NCBI GenBank assembly: GCA_965287045.1
Contig: OZ336889.1
Span: 16,244,001-16,308,000 of the forward strand
Reading direction: 5' to 3'
Source of the DNA: Carcharhinus amblyrhynchos
Lineage: Eukaryota
DNA length: 64,000 bases
In this document: positions 13,827-27,365 of the stretch, piece by piece
How the letters are laid out: every line of letters starts with the position of its first letter
Numbering within the stretch: the stretch's first letter is position 1
Notes under the pieces: generated by a model
What the model was told of the DNA's origin: nothing
What the model saw: the letters and a program-made list of their open reading frames with translations, nothing else
The model's database searches: none
Made by a program: the position numbers and the translations under genes

Positions 13827-15118
13827 CTCAACAATAGCATAACCTTTGATGGGTCGCGTAACAAGCGGATTGTTGTCCAGTGATGTGACTGTATACATGG
13901 ATCCTACATCAGAGATAGAAGCAGAGTCTGCACTGTCCATTGGTTCTCCTAGGCTACCAAGGCTCCCCAAACTCCCTGTGCTGCATAGGGACAGGTCCAG
14001 GCTCTCTTGACTAGATACAGTGTGTGGATCAATCATTCCCTGTGGTGTAGCAATGTCATGGCTTGCTTGAAACTGGTCTACTGAAAGGTCACTTGTTGTT
14101 CGAGAAACACATTGTGAGCTGCAAATTGAGGTCTGACTGGTAGAGGCAGAAGCACTCATACTCATAGCTGGTGTCACACTGCTGCCACTGCTTATATCCA
14201 TACTGTCCATGCTGTTGACTGTTGTTGACTTGGCCAGCTCCAGCTTGCTATCAACTTTCACTTTCAGCTTCTTGGGGTCGTCATCTTGTAGTGGGATGTA
14301 AATTTCATCTTTAAAGACTCCACCATGTGCACTGCATGCCCTGCGAATGGCACTTCGGACAACGCATTCCTCGAGATGCGTCGGTATTCCTGATATTACC
14401 AACAACCTGCTGTGGGAGCTGGAGCCAACTAAAGCCTGGCAGGCATCTGAGATGGCATCATTTGTCACTCCGAGGCCTTGGGGGTCCTTGTTGGTTAGGT
14501 GACGGAGGATCATGAGTAAAGTCAGGGCCCTATGGAACCATAGCATATCCTCTGGTTTACTTCCACCAATATTCAGTATTGATGTGTCACTCTCACTGCC
14601 GCGTGAGGTGAGCCGCTTCCCTGTTGCTGATGTCTTCTCCCGTTTCATTTTAACTTTCTTTCGCTTGGAGAGCAAGCTTGGGCTCTGTGGTGTCTGTCCT
14701 GGTGACGAGGAAGAGGAGGAAGAGGAATCGCTGAGGCTGGGTGCACTTGTGGAAGTCATCACATTGACCACTGTGCTCATATTGATGGGCAGTGTTACCT
14801 CTGCAACTGCAAGACAAATCTCCATCAGGGCATGGAAGTAGGTGGAGAAACGGCCCTGGTCAGTCACTCCAATTCCAATACCAGAGCTATTCCCAGTCAT
14901 CCAGTTTTGTGTTTCTTCATCATACAGTTTTCGGAGTTCAGATTGTATTGCCATCAGAACAGCCAGGCATGGGTTTAACTGGATGGCAATGGATGAAGAT
15001 AGGCCAGCAGGATTCTTCTTCTGTTCCAGCTGATGGATTTTGCGCAGCAACTCAGCTAATAGATGGAATATCATCTCTTTTATGCTGGGGGACAGATCTG
15101 TTGTCCACAAGAGATTGG
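13827..15118 (-). CDS. HECTD4: HECTD4 large exon, 1292 nt, Ser-rich (NLLWTTDL...KGYAIVE)
   Basis: 441-aa ORF in track; tatag| acceptor, |gtaag donor. Confidence 0.95.
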
Positions 15119-16535
15119 CTATAAATTGGGAGAATAATCAGATGCAGAAAAAAGGCATTAAAGTACATTCCAGTTAACAACATTTGCTTAAGGCAGATCC
15201 ACATAGAATTTATACATTGCACATGAAGGGGGAAGAAAATAACAAATCAGTAAGGGTTACTGTGCTTGACCACTAATCCATGAGGCCAGCTAAAATATGC
15301 ACAGCCAGATCGAGAGTTTAGCTTTGATCCTCCCATGACAGATTAGCTTGCTTCATTTGGATGTTAACAGAGCCTCAGGAATCATACAGGGTTTAATGTC
15401 TTCAGAAGGGAAGAAAATTTGGAGGGTGGATCTTAAATTGCAACACATTCAGTTACACAATAGGTATCACAAACAGTAACAGTATACCAATCAGATCTAA
15501 CAGTTCCTGTGCATTATATGGCAGTGACAAATTGCCATTTCTTCTGGGTATCAAGTTCAAATTTATTCACTCTAGCTTAGACTCCGGATAATATTATGAG
15601 CTATGATCCTTTATTTTTTAAAATATGATTAAAATTTTCTACTGAATGGAATGTTTGCAATTTGAACAAAGAAACTGCTTAAAAATGCCAGGCCACATTC
15701 CAGGTTGTAATTGAGGGATCAATGAATCACCCTCAGGACAGTGTGAAAAAAAGAGAGATATTTCCTCTAATCTGGAGACCCATTGAAATTTGTAACTGTC
15801 TCAGGAAGACAGGAAAAATGCAAAATACTGGATAAGGAAACAATGGTTGCCAGAGACAGACCCACCCAAAACCTCTTGGGAATACGCAATGGACAAAGTA
15901 TTTCAAGGCAAGGCTGCTAATCACTAGGAAGAGATTATAACTGACATTGGCAGTGTCAAGAAAGTCTTCAGTGGGGGAAACAAACTGAAGGCTGCTCCCT
16001 CTCCCTCTGTCTTTTGGAATAAGCATGTTACCCAGTTGGAGAAGCAAACTACCAGAAATCTACCAGTGAACCAAAATCACTTAATAATTGCAACATGTTC
16101 TACATCTGACTGTATCTAAGAAACCATCTAACCTGAATTGGATGCACTGCTTTAAATCCATGCTTCAAGCATAATCAAAGGTTATGACTGTATGTATGTT
16201 CTTTAATGGCTTCATGTATCATGACGGCCAAATGCTTGATTTCACATTTTTACTATTTTTCTCAAATTTAGGAGTTAATAAATTTTATTTTTCTTTGATT
16301 CAAGAAAACCTTGTTAGATTGTCTCTTTATTGTCCACAGAGAAAATAGTTAAATACGTTCTGATTTAGAGAGGGCTGCATCTTGTTAAAAACACTTAAAT
16401 CTTTATTGTGACCAACTAAGATGGGGGACCAGTTCACCCCTTCTCACCTGGTCATAACATCAGAAAAATGCCATTTATGAATAAAAATGTACAAAATACA
16501 CACTGTTCAAATCAGTTACTGGCAACTTGTCTTAC

Positions 16536-16715
16536 CAAACAGTTCAACAACTTGCAGGAGGACTGATGCAGGAATGGCATCAAGTTCATCCTCAGATTTC
16601 CCGTCACTTTCTCCCAGTTTCCATGTTAGCAATTGTTCTGCAAATGCCATTGCTAGAGGAAATTCCAGAGGCAATGAGTTTAACACCAGCACCGCACCAG
16701 GTGGCGGGGAAACAC
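16536..16715 (-). CDS. HECTD4: HECTD4 exon (VSPPPGAVLVL...LQVVELF)
   Basis: cccag| acceptor, |gtaag donor. Confidence 0.92.
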
Positions 16716-17258
16716 CTGGGAAGAGGAAGGTTAATTATATATTTTTAACCTAAGAAAATCATGTGGAAAGAACAAAAGCAAATAACCACTGGAGAACAGA
16801 GCTACACAGAAAAGTAGAAAAAGGGTCTAAACGAACCTTATTTCAGTCAATGGTATTAGTGATCATGTGCTGAAGCCAACTGAAAAGACACCATGTGGTG
16901 CATCATGAAGTTACACACCAGATATTCTTGGTTTAATTCCCGAATTGAGCAAAGCTTATCATAACTAAGTGGTAAGTAAAACACCACAACTGACTACAAA
17001 ACCTTTGGGCGAGGACGTGGGGAACAAAACTTAGGAGTTTCTGCTCCTCTCAGTCTGAAGCAGGGCTGCCAACAACAGCCAAACAGCTTCTGAAACTCAA
17101 CAATTACCGGGAGAGAAAATTAGAAAAAAAAATTGAGAAGCACTGCTTTTTTAAGATCAAGTTTTATTGACCTGGATTTTGTGACAATATTGGCCATACT
17201 GTCGATTAACTCCAGTTAAACATGGGAATGCAGAAGATACTCTGGGGTTCTATGCTTC

Positions 17259-17367
17259 ATAAGAAGTCTCACAACAGCAGGTTAAAGACTAAAAAGTTGG
17301 GCTTTAACCTGGTGTTATGAGACTTCTTGTTGTATTTACCCCAGTCCAACGCTGGCATCTCCACATC
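17259..17367 (+). mobile_element. Minimal Penelope-like insertion with inverted 5' part
   Basis: Perfect 12-bp TSD gttctatgcttc (17247-17258 and 17368-17379); inverted repeat 17261-17287 / 17302-17328; same terminus as 32716-32906. Confidence 0.8.
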
Positions 17368-18031
17368 GTTCTATGCTTCTCCAGAGGGTGCACTGTTGAG
17401 GCCCTTCTAGAATGCACTCAATTAAAAATTTATGAACCGAGGACAACTTATTTTATGCTCTTAGTTTCTCTATAAAAATCCTTAAAAGGTTGTTGAATGA
17501 GATGCAGCAGCTGGGTTTTTAGATATCAAGCAAAATTAGGTTTGTTGAATGTTATATTTTTCTATTATGATTGGAGATTACATATTTTTAAAAAATGATA
17601 TATTTTTAAAACTTTATGGCATTTTATCTTTTATCTTAATTTCATACCTCTGTCATTATATGCAAAAATTTAAAGTAAAAAGTGAAGGGATTCAGCTGCT
17701 TTTCCTTCTTGGTTTGCTGCTTGTGAGAATATTTCAACGTGTTGGTTGCTTACCCTAGTTGATGACATTACTGCTGACAGATATCTGAAGATCCCTCGAC
17801 TTGATGTTAGATTTAAACTGGCACCGGAAAGGCTTGTCCGCACCACAGCAATCCCTAAGATCTTTGTGGGCAGCTTTCTCCAAGGTGAAAGGAAAGCATC
17901 GTTGCTTTGCTAACTGCAAAATCTAGCCCATTATATGCATATTTTTAAAAAACTTAATATTTCATTCTAACATTTGATTAGTTTGAGTGTTTTGGAAATT
18001 ATGTTTGCAGTTATTCCAATCTTAGACATAC

Positions 18032-18237
18032 CTAGCTTGACATGTAGCTTGTCAGTAGGGATGACAACAGAGGGGTATTGATTTGTGGTGGGAGGTGGAG
18101 TCAACCCAGTATTGGTTGGCGATGCATCTTTTGGGTAACAGACAGTTTCTGTAAGGTTAAGTTGTCCATTTCTCCGCACCTTGTGACCGAGTCCGTATAC
18201 CAGCACTCTAACCCAAGGAGCCTTATACAGAGAGGAA
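18032..18237 (-). CDS. HECTD4: HECTD4 exon (SSLYKAPWVRVLVYGLGH...HVKL)
   Basis: cctag| acceptor, |gtatg donor. Confidence 0.92.
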
Positions 18238-18344
18238 CTAGGCAATAAAAATAAATGAAAAGATTAGAATAGTTGACAACTGTAAATTTTAAGAACAAGT
18301 ATTCCAAGTAATATAGCCTTCAGATTTCAAATAAGTGACAATGG

Positions 18345-19065
18345 AATAAATAATGAAAGGCAGGACATTAGAAAGTACAGAGGAATCTTGGGATACATGT
18401 CCAAACTTCCCTAAAGGCACAGGAGAGGTAGGTAAGGCTGCATATGGGATATTTGCCTTTGTTAATTGAGGTGTAGAATACAAAAGCAGGGAGGTTATAA
18501 TGGAGCTGTATGAAATGCTTGTTAGGCCACGGCTAGAGAGTACTGTATGCAGTTCTAGTCACCACACTATAGGATGAATGTGATTGCACTAGAAAGGGTG
18601 CAGAGGAAATTAAACAGGATGTTGTCCAGGCTGGAGTGTTTCAGCTATGAAGAGAGGCTGATTAGGGTGGGATTGTTTTCATCCAAGCAGAGAAGGCTGA
18701 GGGGAGACCTGATTGAGGTGTACAAAACTATTGAGGACATAGATAGGGTGGATAAGAAGGAACCTTTCCCTTTAGTAGACAGGTAAATAACCTGGGGACA
18801 TTAGGAGGACATTTAGAGGCAATTTGAGGAAAAACTTTTTCACTTAGAGGGTGGTGGCAATCTGGAACTCAATGCCTGAAAGGGTGGCAGACGCAGGAAA
18901 TCTTCACAACATTTAAGAAGCATTTAGATGAACATTTCAAACACCATGGCATCCAAGGCTACAGACCAAGTGCTGGAAAATGGGAGAAGAATAGATAGAT
19001 GCTTGATGGTTGTTGACATGATGGGCCGAAAGGCTTTTTTCTGTGCTGTAAAACTGTACGACTCC
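18345..19065 (+). mobile_element. CR1/HER1 LINE 3' fragment
   Basis: ALERVQRK...SYEERL...RRLRGDLIEVYK motif; CR1 3' end atgggccgaaggc. Confidence 0.85.
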
Positions 19066-20350
19066 AGATACATTTCTAAAGTTAGCAAACCTTCAGTGAA
19101 ATTGAGATCTGCCCACCATTGGCAGAATGCCCAAACTCTTACTTTTAGCAGTGAACACCAGTTAATGGATTAAATACTGGTGAATTTTCCCATTCCTTTA
19201 AAGTGAAGGTAATTTGCTATTCCTTGCAGCCAAGTTTAAAGATCCCTATTTTTATTCTGCACCATTCACCAGCAAAATCAAAATGTCAAACACACTTTCC
19301 TTGGGTAGCATTGCATAAGTCACATCACATACAGCTGAGGTACCCATGTTCAATCCTTTCACAGCACTGTCCTGTGTACTGTCTGTTGGTTTGAAGTGAA
19401 AGTAACACTGCAGTTGAAAATCAAGTTCTCTCCTTAAGCTGCAGCCCTTGTTTTAGTGAAACTGATCGTTGGGTCATGTTGTCCTTACTTTTTCCTACAA
19501 CTTCTTTACTTTGTGAACTTTGTTGTATTTCTACAGGTGCTGTTATCTTATCCTTTTCCAGAATTCCCAAGATTCTGAGTACAGTTCATTTAGATTCGTT
19601 GGGGGTCCAACATTTGGTGTCCACACCAAATATTTGATGTCTGGCCACTGTTCTGGATTTTTGCCTTGCACATAGATTCCCACAGCGTGCGTGATCAAAA
19701 TGGTAGGGTTCTTACAAACCTCTGGACCTTGCAGATCCTCTTTAACCCCAATCTTACTGTAGCCCATTGTTCATAGACAATTATAAATGGGTTGTTGCCA
19801 TTATGGGATAATCACTGGCTTGCCTGGATCAGGTAGCCTTGTCACTTATTACATAATCTGTAAGAGAGATCTAGTTTTTCAGAACTTACTGGCAATTAAG
19901 CCACTTTTTGTTTGCTTGCCAACGACAAAATTGATGGTGATAGGAAGCAGAAATTAGAATAATCTCTGACAAAACCAAGTTCAAATTAAGGCCAGAGATT
20001 AGTGACGGTGTCTCCAAAAATGATGACTGTATTATTCATGCCTTGTGGTACAAACATGTTCTTCAATTTCCAGAACTGCAATCCAATCCAATCCAACTCT
20101 GATTTAGGTGACAACTATTTAAACTAGAGTGTCAAATCTTTACACAAGTATAAACATTTATTGATCTGCTTGAGAATGACGATCATGTATTTTATATTCC
20201 AAATAAGTTGCAGTTACTTATGTGGTGTAACTTCCGAGATATTTAAATTACAACAATTGCAGGAAATGACAAATGAAGCTGCAGGATTGAGGGCTTAAAT
20301 ATACAAGTTTACACACTGAAACTGCCTCTAAATGGTAGAGTCATACTTAC

Positions 20351-20481
20351 TCTTTCCGAAATCCTGCAGGACTTTCCTTGCATGACACCATTACAAAGGC
20401 AGCACCTGGAAAATGTACATCCATGCTCAGTTTTGACTCTGTCACTGGGAACTCTTCAGATGGAAACTGTTCGGGTGAATG
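20351..20481 (-). CDS. HECTD4: HECTD4 exon (HSPEQFPSEEFP...GFRK)
   Basis: tgcag| acceptor, |gtaag donor. Confidence 0.9.
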
Positions 20482-20879
20482 CTGCAGGGCAACAACATAA
20501 ACATCAGCTTGATCAGTCACAAAAAAGGTAGTGTTGTCACGGGGAAAGGGTAATTTAAAAACTCTTTTACAATCACAAAATCACAGCAACACAAAATGAC
20601 AAAACAAATGCATTAATTCTAAATTACATTAGTTACAGACACAAACATTAAAATTACAGAATTTATTTATCTCTTATATGCAGTAAAACAAAAACAATTT
20701 ATAGAAAACGCACTAAACTGAGAAAGAGAATTAATTAATGGGTCAGTTTGAACTAGCAAAATGAATTGGTCTCTGTGCTCAGCCTTCTACACTGTTCCAC
20801 ATTGAGAACACCCTCCATCCTGTGGCATGGCACAACCACTGTGTGAAATGAGATAGATATTGAACAGACCTAGCAACTC

Positions 20880-22430
20880 AAAATTAAACAGCCATGAGGT
20901 GGTGTGGGCTAAAAGCAGCTATGTAATTGTATACACCTCCTGGCCTGGTATATCTCCCACTCTACCATTACCATAAGCCAAGGAATCAACCTGTGTTCAA
21001 TGAAGAGCGCAGAGGGCATGCCAAGAGCAGCATCAGACATACTTAAAGCTGAGGCGTCAACCTGTGAAGTTACATTACAGGATGACTTGCATGCCAGTGA
21101 AAGCAGCATGCAATAAACAGAGCTATGTTATCCCACAATCAAAACATCGCATCCAAGCTCTGCAATCCTGCCACATCCAGTCACCAATAGTGGTTGACAA
21201 TCAAACAGCCAACAGGAAGAAGAGGCTCCACAAATATACCCAACCCCCAATGATGGCACAGCCCAGCACATCAGTGCAAAACACAAGGCTGAAGCACTTG
21301 CAACAACCTTCAGCCAGGAGTGCTAACTGGATGATCCACTCTGCCTCCGCCTGAGGTCCTCAGCATCATAAATGCCAGTTTTCAGTCAATTTGATTCACC
21401 ATTTATGATATCAAGGTAGGGCTGAAGGCACCGGACACTGCAAAGGTCATGGGCCCTAACAACATTCCAGTGTTGAGGTGTGCTCTCCAGAAAAAGCTAC
21501 ACACTTAACCAAGCTATTTCAGTAGTTACAACTCTGACATTTACTCAGCAATGCTGAAAACTGCCCACTGTCCACAAAAAGACAAATGCAAACTGGCCAA
21601 TTACGGCCCCATCAGTCTACTCTCGATGATCAGAAAAATGATAGAATGGTTTGTTAACACTCTATCAAACAGCAATTATTCAGCAATGACCTGCTCACTG
21701 AGTTTGGGTTCTGCAAAACAACTCAATTCGGGAGGGGAGGCAAGAGCGGCTGTCCTTGACAACAAGATAGCATTTGACAGAATGTGGCATCAAGGAGACC
21801 TCACAAAACTGGATTCAATGAAAATTTTGGGGAAAGCTCTCCACTGGTTGGAGTTATACCTCGCACAAAGGAAGACGGTGGTGGTGACTGGAGGTCAATC
21901 ATTCCAGTTCTAGGACATTAAGGAATTCCTCATGGTAGTGTCCTAGGTCCAAACATTTTCAGCTGCTTCATCAATGATCCTCCCCCAGTATGATCAGACA
22001 TGGGGATATTTGCTAATGACTGCACCATGCCCAGCACCATTCGTAACTTGTCAGGTACTGAAGCAGCCCATGCTCATATACAGTAATGATGGACAACATT
22101 CAGGCTTGGGGTAAGTGGTAGTAACATTTGCACCACACAACAACAATCTCCAACAAGACTATATTCAATCATCTCCTTCTGATTCGCATTGCCAAATCCC
22201 TCCACTATCAACATTCTGGGGGTCACTATCGACTAAAAACTGGATTAGCCAAATAAATACTGTAACCACAAGAGCAAGTCAGAAGCTGGGGATTCTGTGG
22301 ACAGCGACTCACCACCTGACTTCCCAAAATCTGTCCATCATCTACAAAGCAAAGTCAGGAGTGTGACAGAATAATCTCCATCTGCCAGATGGAGTGCCAT
22401 ACTTCAGAAGCAGGTCACCATCGTCAGGAA
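20880..22430 (+). mobile_element. Decayed CR1-clade LINE ORF2 (RT)
   Basis: NYGPISLLS, AFDRMWH, PHGSVLGP and FANDC motifs with stops and frameshifts. Confidence 0.75.
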
Positions 22431-23264
22431 GCAGAGATAGTTTTAAGGGATCCATGTTTGTATTTTTGGAAGTTAGAAATAAAATATAGACATAAACGAG
22501 TTTAGTGTTTTTGTGTAAGAGGGCGTAAAACTGTAGTTAGATTCATGTCAAGACAAAAGGAGTTTGCACATTTGGGGTTTTGTTTTAAATAATGTTTTGC
22601 ACTGATGTGCTGGGCTCCACCACCACTGGGGATGGGTATATTTGTGGAGCCTCTTCTTCCTGTTGGCTGTTTGATTGTCAACCATTATTCGTGACTGGAT
22701 GTGGCAGGATTGCAGAGCTTGGATGCGATGTTTTGTGCTTAATGTTTACAGCATAGAAAAAAGTCCAGCTTGGAGAAACTATGAGCTGTTGCTTATCAAC
22801 CAGGGACCTCACCTTAAGGGAAAAGGCCTGAGGCAGAATTTTGCCACCTCATGGCATCAGTTTTGCAGCCGGAAAATACTGTAAAATTGGGTATGATGCG
22901 ACTAGCAGGTATAGTGCCCATTTTCATACCCATTCCTATTTTACCACAAAAAATTGGTATGATTGGGAGCCCACCCAAAACGGTTGAAAAATCAATTTGC
23001 ATTTTCTTACATTCAATTGACATTGTTGCTGCTTCTGCCAGGATTTAGCACACATCAACACCTAGAGATAACTTTCCCTCTAATTTTCAAAGCCCAACGT
23101 GATTGGGATTGACATGGTGTGCTCAACTGAACTGTGCTTCGTAGCACAGATGTTTATTCTGTTTTGCTGTCATCTCAAAGTAGTTTTCAGCCAGACATGG
23201 TCAGTAACCTGTGTTTATAACTCAAAGTTCAGACATTGGTGTGTATGCCTGCTGCTAAGATTCG

Positions 23265-23640
23265 GATATCTGCCCTGGGTTGGGGAGGAGCTTGCAGTGG
23301 GAAGGGGAGAACCCAATTGTCATAGTTAACATAGGTATAAACGACTTGGATAGAACAAGGAAAGAGGTTCTGCACAGAGAATTTGAGGTGCCAGGCACTA
23401 TGTTAACAGAACCTCCATGGTTATAATCTTTCGATTATTATCTGAGCCATGTGCAAATTTGCATTAGGCACAAAAATGTTGAGAGATGAATATGTGGCTC
23501 AAGGACTGGTGTGGGAGAAGTGGGTCTCAGTTCATGGGGCACTGGCATCAGTACTGGGGAAGTGTAGGTTGTACCAGAGCATCTGAACTGCACTAAGACC
23601 AGTTTTGTTGCAAATCACAACCAGGGAAGAGGGGGTTGAA
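23265..23640 (+). mobile_element. CR1 ORF1 (SGNH esterase-like) fragment
   Basis: VIVNIGINDL and MNMWLKDWCGRSGSQFMGHWHQYWG, typical of CR1 ORF1. Confidence 0.65.
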
Positions 23641-24204
23641 AGGGACAGAAAGTGACTGAGCTGAGAATCTATCTATTTCCTCCAACTGATGATGCAGAAA
23701 TCTTTTTAAGAGGCTCACTGAGCATTTCAGCCATTTTTTTTTCAGTTGCTGACTGATTTGTTATGTATTCCCAGCATTCTATTCAGGAACTTGAGAGTAG
23801 TAATGCATAAAACTCAACATCAAACATTATTTTTAATACATTCCTCTGGTCTGGAGGAACTTCTTCCAATTTTCCCACCTTCTGAGAAGAGACTACCTGC
23901 ATACTGCTGTGTGAACTTTGAGGCTTGCACTGTCCTGAAATGAAACACTGATTCCATGTATCAGTTCATATTCCCCTCATTCTTTCCCAATATGTCCTCC
24001 ACTTGAATTTCTCCTCCAATCTCTACACCTTTAAGAGCCATAATTGGCACTACCTGTCTAATTCTAGATGCATTTTTTGTTAACCTAGATGGTTATTGTT
24101 AAACAAGCAGCCAACAGAATAAGTGTTTGGATAATGGTGGTAAATCTAGTTTCATAAAAAAAATTAAATTCCAGTTTGTCAAATAAAAATTGAAGGAATT
24201 CTAC

Positions 24205-24410
24205 CTGTAGGAAAGAGCAGATCTGCTTTGTTAAGTCCAACAAACTATCTTCACCCTGGTGTAAGGCTCGTGTTATAGCAACTGTAAGCCATTCCCTGAT
24301 GGAATTGGAGTTGCCTTGGTAGAAGAGGTCAGTGGGAGAGCAGTTCTGACCCTGGTTACAGTGTTGGAGAGACTGAGCCAAAAGAATTGAATTGGAGCTG
24401 ATTGTTCCAT
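24205..24410 (-). CDS. HECTD4: HECTD4 exon (GTISSNSILLAQSLQHC...ICSFLQ)
   Basis: tgcag| acceptor, |gtaga donor. Confidence 0.92.
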
Positions 24411-25462
24411 CTGCAGAGAAAGATACAGAATAAATTTCTTCAATTATTTCACTGACCTCTCTTTTTCAGATACAGGATCTTATTTCAAGCATTTGGCACT
24501 TTGATGAATTTTCTTCACTCATTTACACCCCCACCCCTACAGGAATTAATCAACACAAACTCTTACAAGCAAGGATGAAACATGAATTGAGGACTCAATT
24601 ATTCATGGTTCCCAACTTTGTTGATGCCAATATTATTTAAGTGAACTAAAGAGGTTTTACCAGCCAAAGAAAGTTACTCTTATACAACGCACTAACACAT
24701 TTCTCCCTTGACTTCCCAAACTTGACTGGAGGATTATGAAAGGCGAATGTCTATCGCCAAGCCGCTCCCAGATATCTCGAGTCACCGGTGTACCAAACCA
24801 ACAACATCAGGCTCATAACATAGTTGTCTCGTTAACTGGATTCCAGTTCTCTTTGTGTCTATCAGACTATAGAATTGCATCAACAGAAATATGGTTGTTG
24901 TTTCACAGTAATTATCACACAAAGGAAATATTAACACATTCCTGACATCCTACACTGAAGCGTTAAAAGCAAAGATGTAGATGCAACTGCCACATAGGGT
25001 ACACTCCTCATACAAAGAGCTAGAAAGTATAAAGCAAGGGATTACCTTCTAGATTTTAAATTGAAGTGTTTCTTCATATTAAAAAAATCTATTTTCTCTG
25101 TTTCCTAGTTTTTGGGCTCACCAAACATCATTCCACAGCTGGAAGAAACAAGTAAATTTGTGCTCTCTTGCATTGCTTAAGAAATAACTCCTAGGAGACG
25201 AATAGTGGCAGTAGCTAACTTGTCTACAGATTCTCAAGTACACGTTTGGTTCTCTCTCCTCCTTCATTCACTCTTAGCCATAATATATCTATCAGATATA
25301 AAATTTCCAACTTTTTTTTAAAACAATGACGTACTGAATGGAAGTTTGCTCCTTCCCAGCTTGCTGCAATAAGGTAAACATGCCTCCTGAACAAACTGCA
25401 ATTATTTTAAATTGATTGAAAATATACAAGCAGGTTATTTTCAGCTCCAGATCATTACCAAC

Positions 25463-25644
25463 CTGATAGCGGTGGAGCCAACAGTTGATTGGACAACAAT
25501 TGCAGGTGCTCCAAGGTGATGTCCCGTACCGCAGGAATATGGAACAGTCGGGTGAATGTGTGTGGTGACTTGGGAGCGAAGATATTCAGCAGTGCCATAC
25601 GGCAGTACAGTCTGGCCAAAGAAGCTTCACAACGCAGTAACTCT
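25463..25644 (-). CDS. HECTD4: HECTD4 exon (ELLRCEASLARLYC...LAPPLS)
   Basis: cttag| acceptor; the |gttgg donor is the one that keeps the frame. Confidence 0.9.
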
Positions 25645-27204
25645 CTAAGCAGCAGTGAAATGATGAAAATACATAAGACAAATGGGAAAAAAGGAACAAT
25701 TGAGAATAAGACCTCAGAAGTCCAATTAGATCCACTTGATATATGGTAGGTCCATTCAAAAATTTGATGGCAGCAGGGAAGAAGACTAATCACCCACAAT
25801 TGTCCACTATAAAACTTGCTGGGAGGTTGGGGGAGTGGTTTGCAGATTAGGGAGAAATGTTTTTATTTCCACTGTGACATCTTTCCTATGTAAGTCACAC
25901 TCGCACCAGACCAAAAAATGGGAATGTCGTTTTTGAGCATATGGCATCAGCATTTCTTATCTCATTGTCCATTTCGTTCAGTGAATCATCAAGAATGTGC
26001 ACTTGTATCTGTTGTTGGGATGCAAGTGGTGGACAAGGCGGTGAGAAAAACAGTAAGGCAGAAAGACAAAAATAATCTCAATATTGAAGGTGTGAAAAAT
26101 ATGTTTTTTTTGGATTATCAATAGTTTGAGAATAAGACAAAGAAGAATATGCAAGCAGCCAGTTTAGAAGGAACTGTTCTTCAAAAAAATCTTGTAAAGA
26201 CCACATGAAAAATCTAAATATTCCATTCATCTTTGGCAGTGTCAGTGTATAATTATATTTCAAGTATCAGAATGTACACAGGAGTCTGGTTACTACTACA
26301 AGCACTTGAAAAAAAAACATTTTTAACCTAGCGCTTGGTTTCTGTTCTCATACAGCATTTTTAGCACTGAATGCTGAATACTGATAATGTCAGTAAGGGA
26401 AACAAGGAAGAGTTATGAACTGAAAGCAGTCAGGCTTTAAGTTAATGGCTATTTCATAACTGGACTAATTCATTTGCAGCACACCTTATTTTTTAAAATT
26501 ACAAACTAAGGTGAAGTACCAAAGTCAACATACAGATTAGAAAAAGTTCAATGGGAAAGTTTCAGTTTTAAAAGCTCTCGACTGTAGGAGAAAGAGAGAC
26601 AGCAAGGTAGTGTCAAAGGTTATTTCCTCATCTAAAATGAAGTAGAAACAAGGCACTTAAAATTTTTTTTTTGTCTTCTAGGGTTAAGAGAACTGTTTGC
26701 ATGGGCAAATAGCTCACTACATGCTTAATACAACTGAAAAGCAGACTTTTACTGTCAGCTTTTTATTCAGAAATACTGAATTCACAATTAAAAAACTGGA
26801 ATGAAATCATCCCCAAAATGGTGCAATAGTTCTACGGTCCTAAGAAAGAAATAGCTACAGGGGAAACTGAAACCAATGGTCATGATAGCAATAGCATAAA
26901 GCATTGTCTGTTCAGGCAACTGCAAAGTTTCTCCTTCATCCAGTCAGGCTGGCTATTTGATATACTTCAAGGTTGACTGACATTCATGGTAGAAGCACAC
27001 AAGTATGAAAGTTTTCAATTTATGTTGAAAGCAACTTCTTATTTAACAAAACTACCAACTCATCTTAACTGGAGTTTCAAAGAGTATTCAATAGGTTGCA
27101 GGTCTTGACTGTTTAACAGTTGATCTCAAATGAAGTCACACTGGGATCAGTTCTTCAAACTCCACTTTGTTTCAAACACGATCATTAACTCTAAAAGAAC
27201 CTAC

Positions 27205-27365
27205 CTGTGAATCTGGATGTTTGTATTGTCCAGGGTGACAAGTCCATAAGCAGCTGTGCGTCTGTATCCTGTGGGAGGGCGTTCCAGCATATCAATTGGG
27301 TACCAATAACGAACCAGCACACCTTCACTTCGTAAGTATGTCTCCACCTGAACCAATTCATTTAC
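27205..27365 (-). CDS. HECTD4: HECTD4 exon (VNELVQVETYLRSEG...IQIHR)
   Basis: tatag| acceptor, |gtagg donor. Confidence 0.92.

Noticed and set aside
14327-15124. Plus-strand ORFs of 62-110 aa
   Set aside because: Antisense shadows of the large HECTD4 exon.
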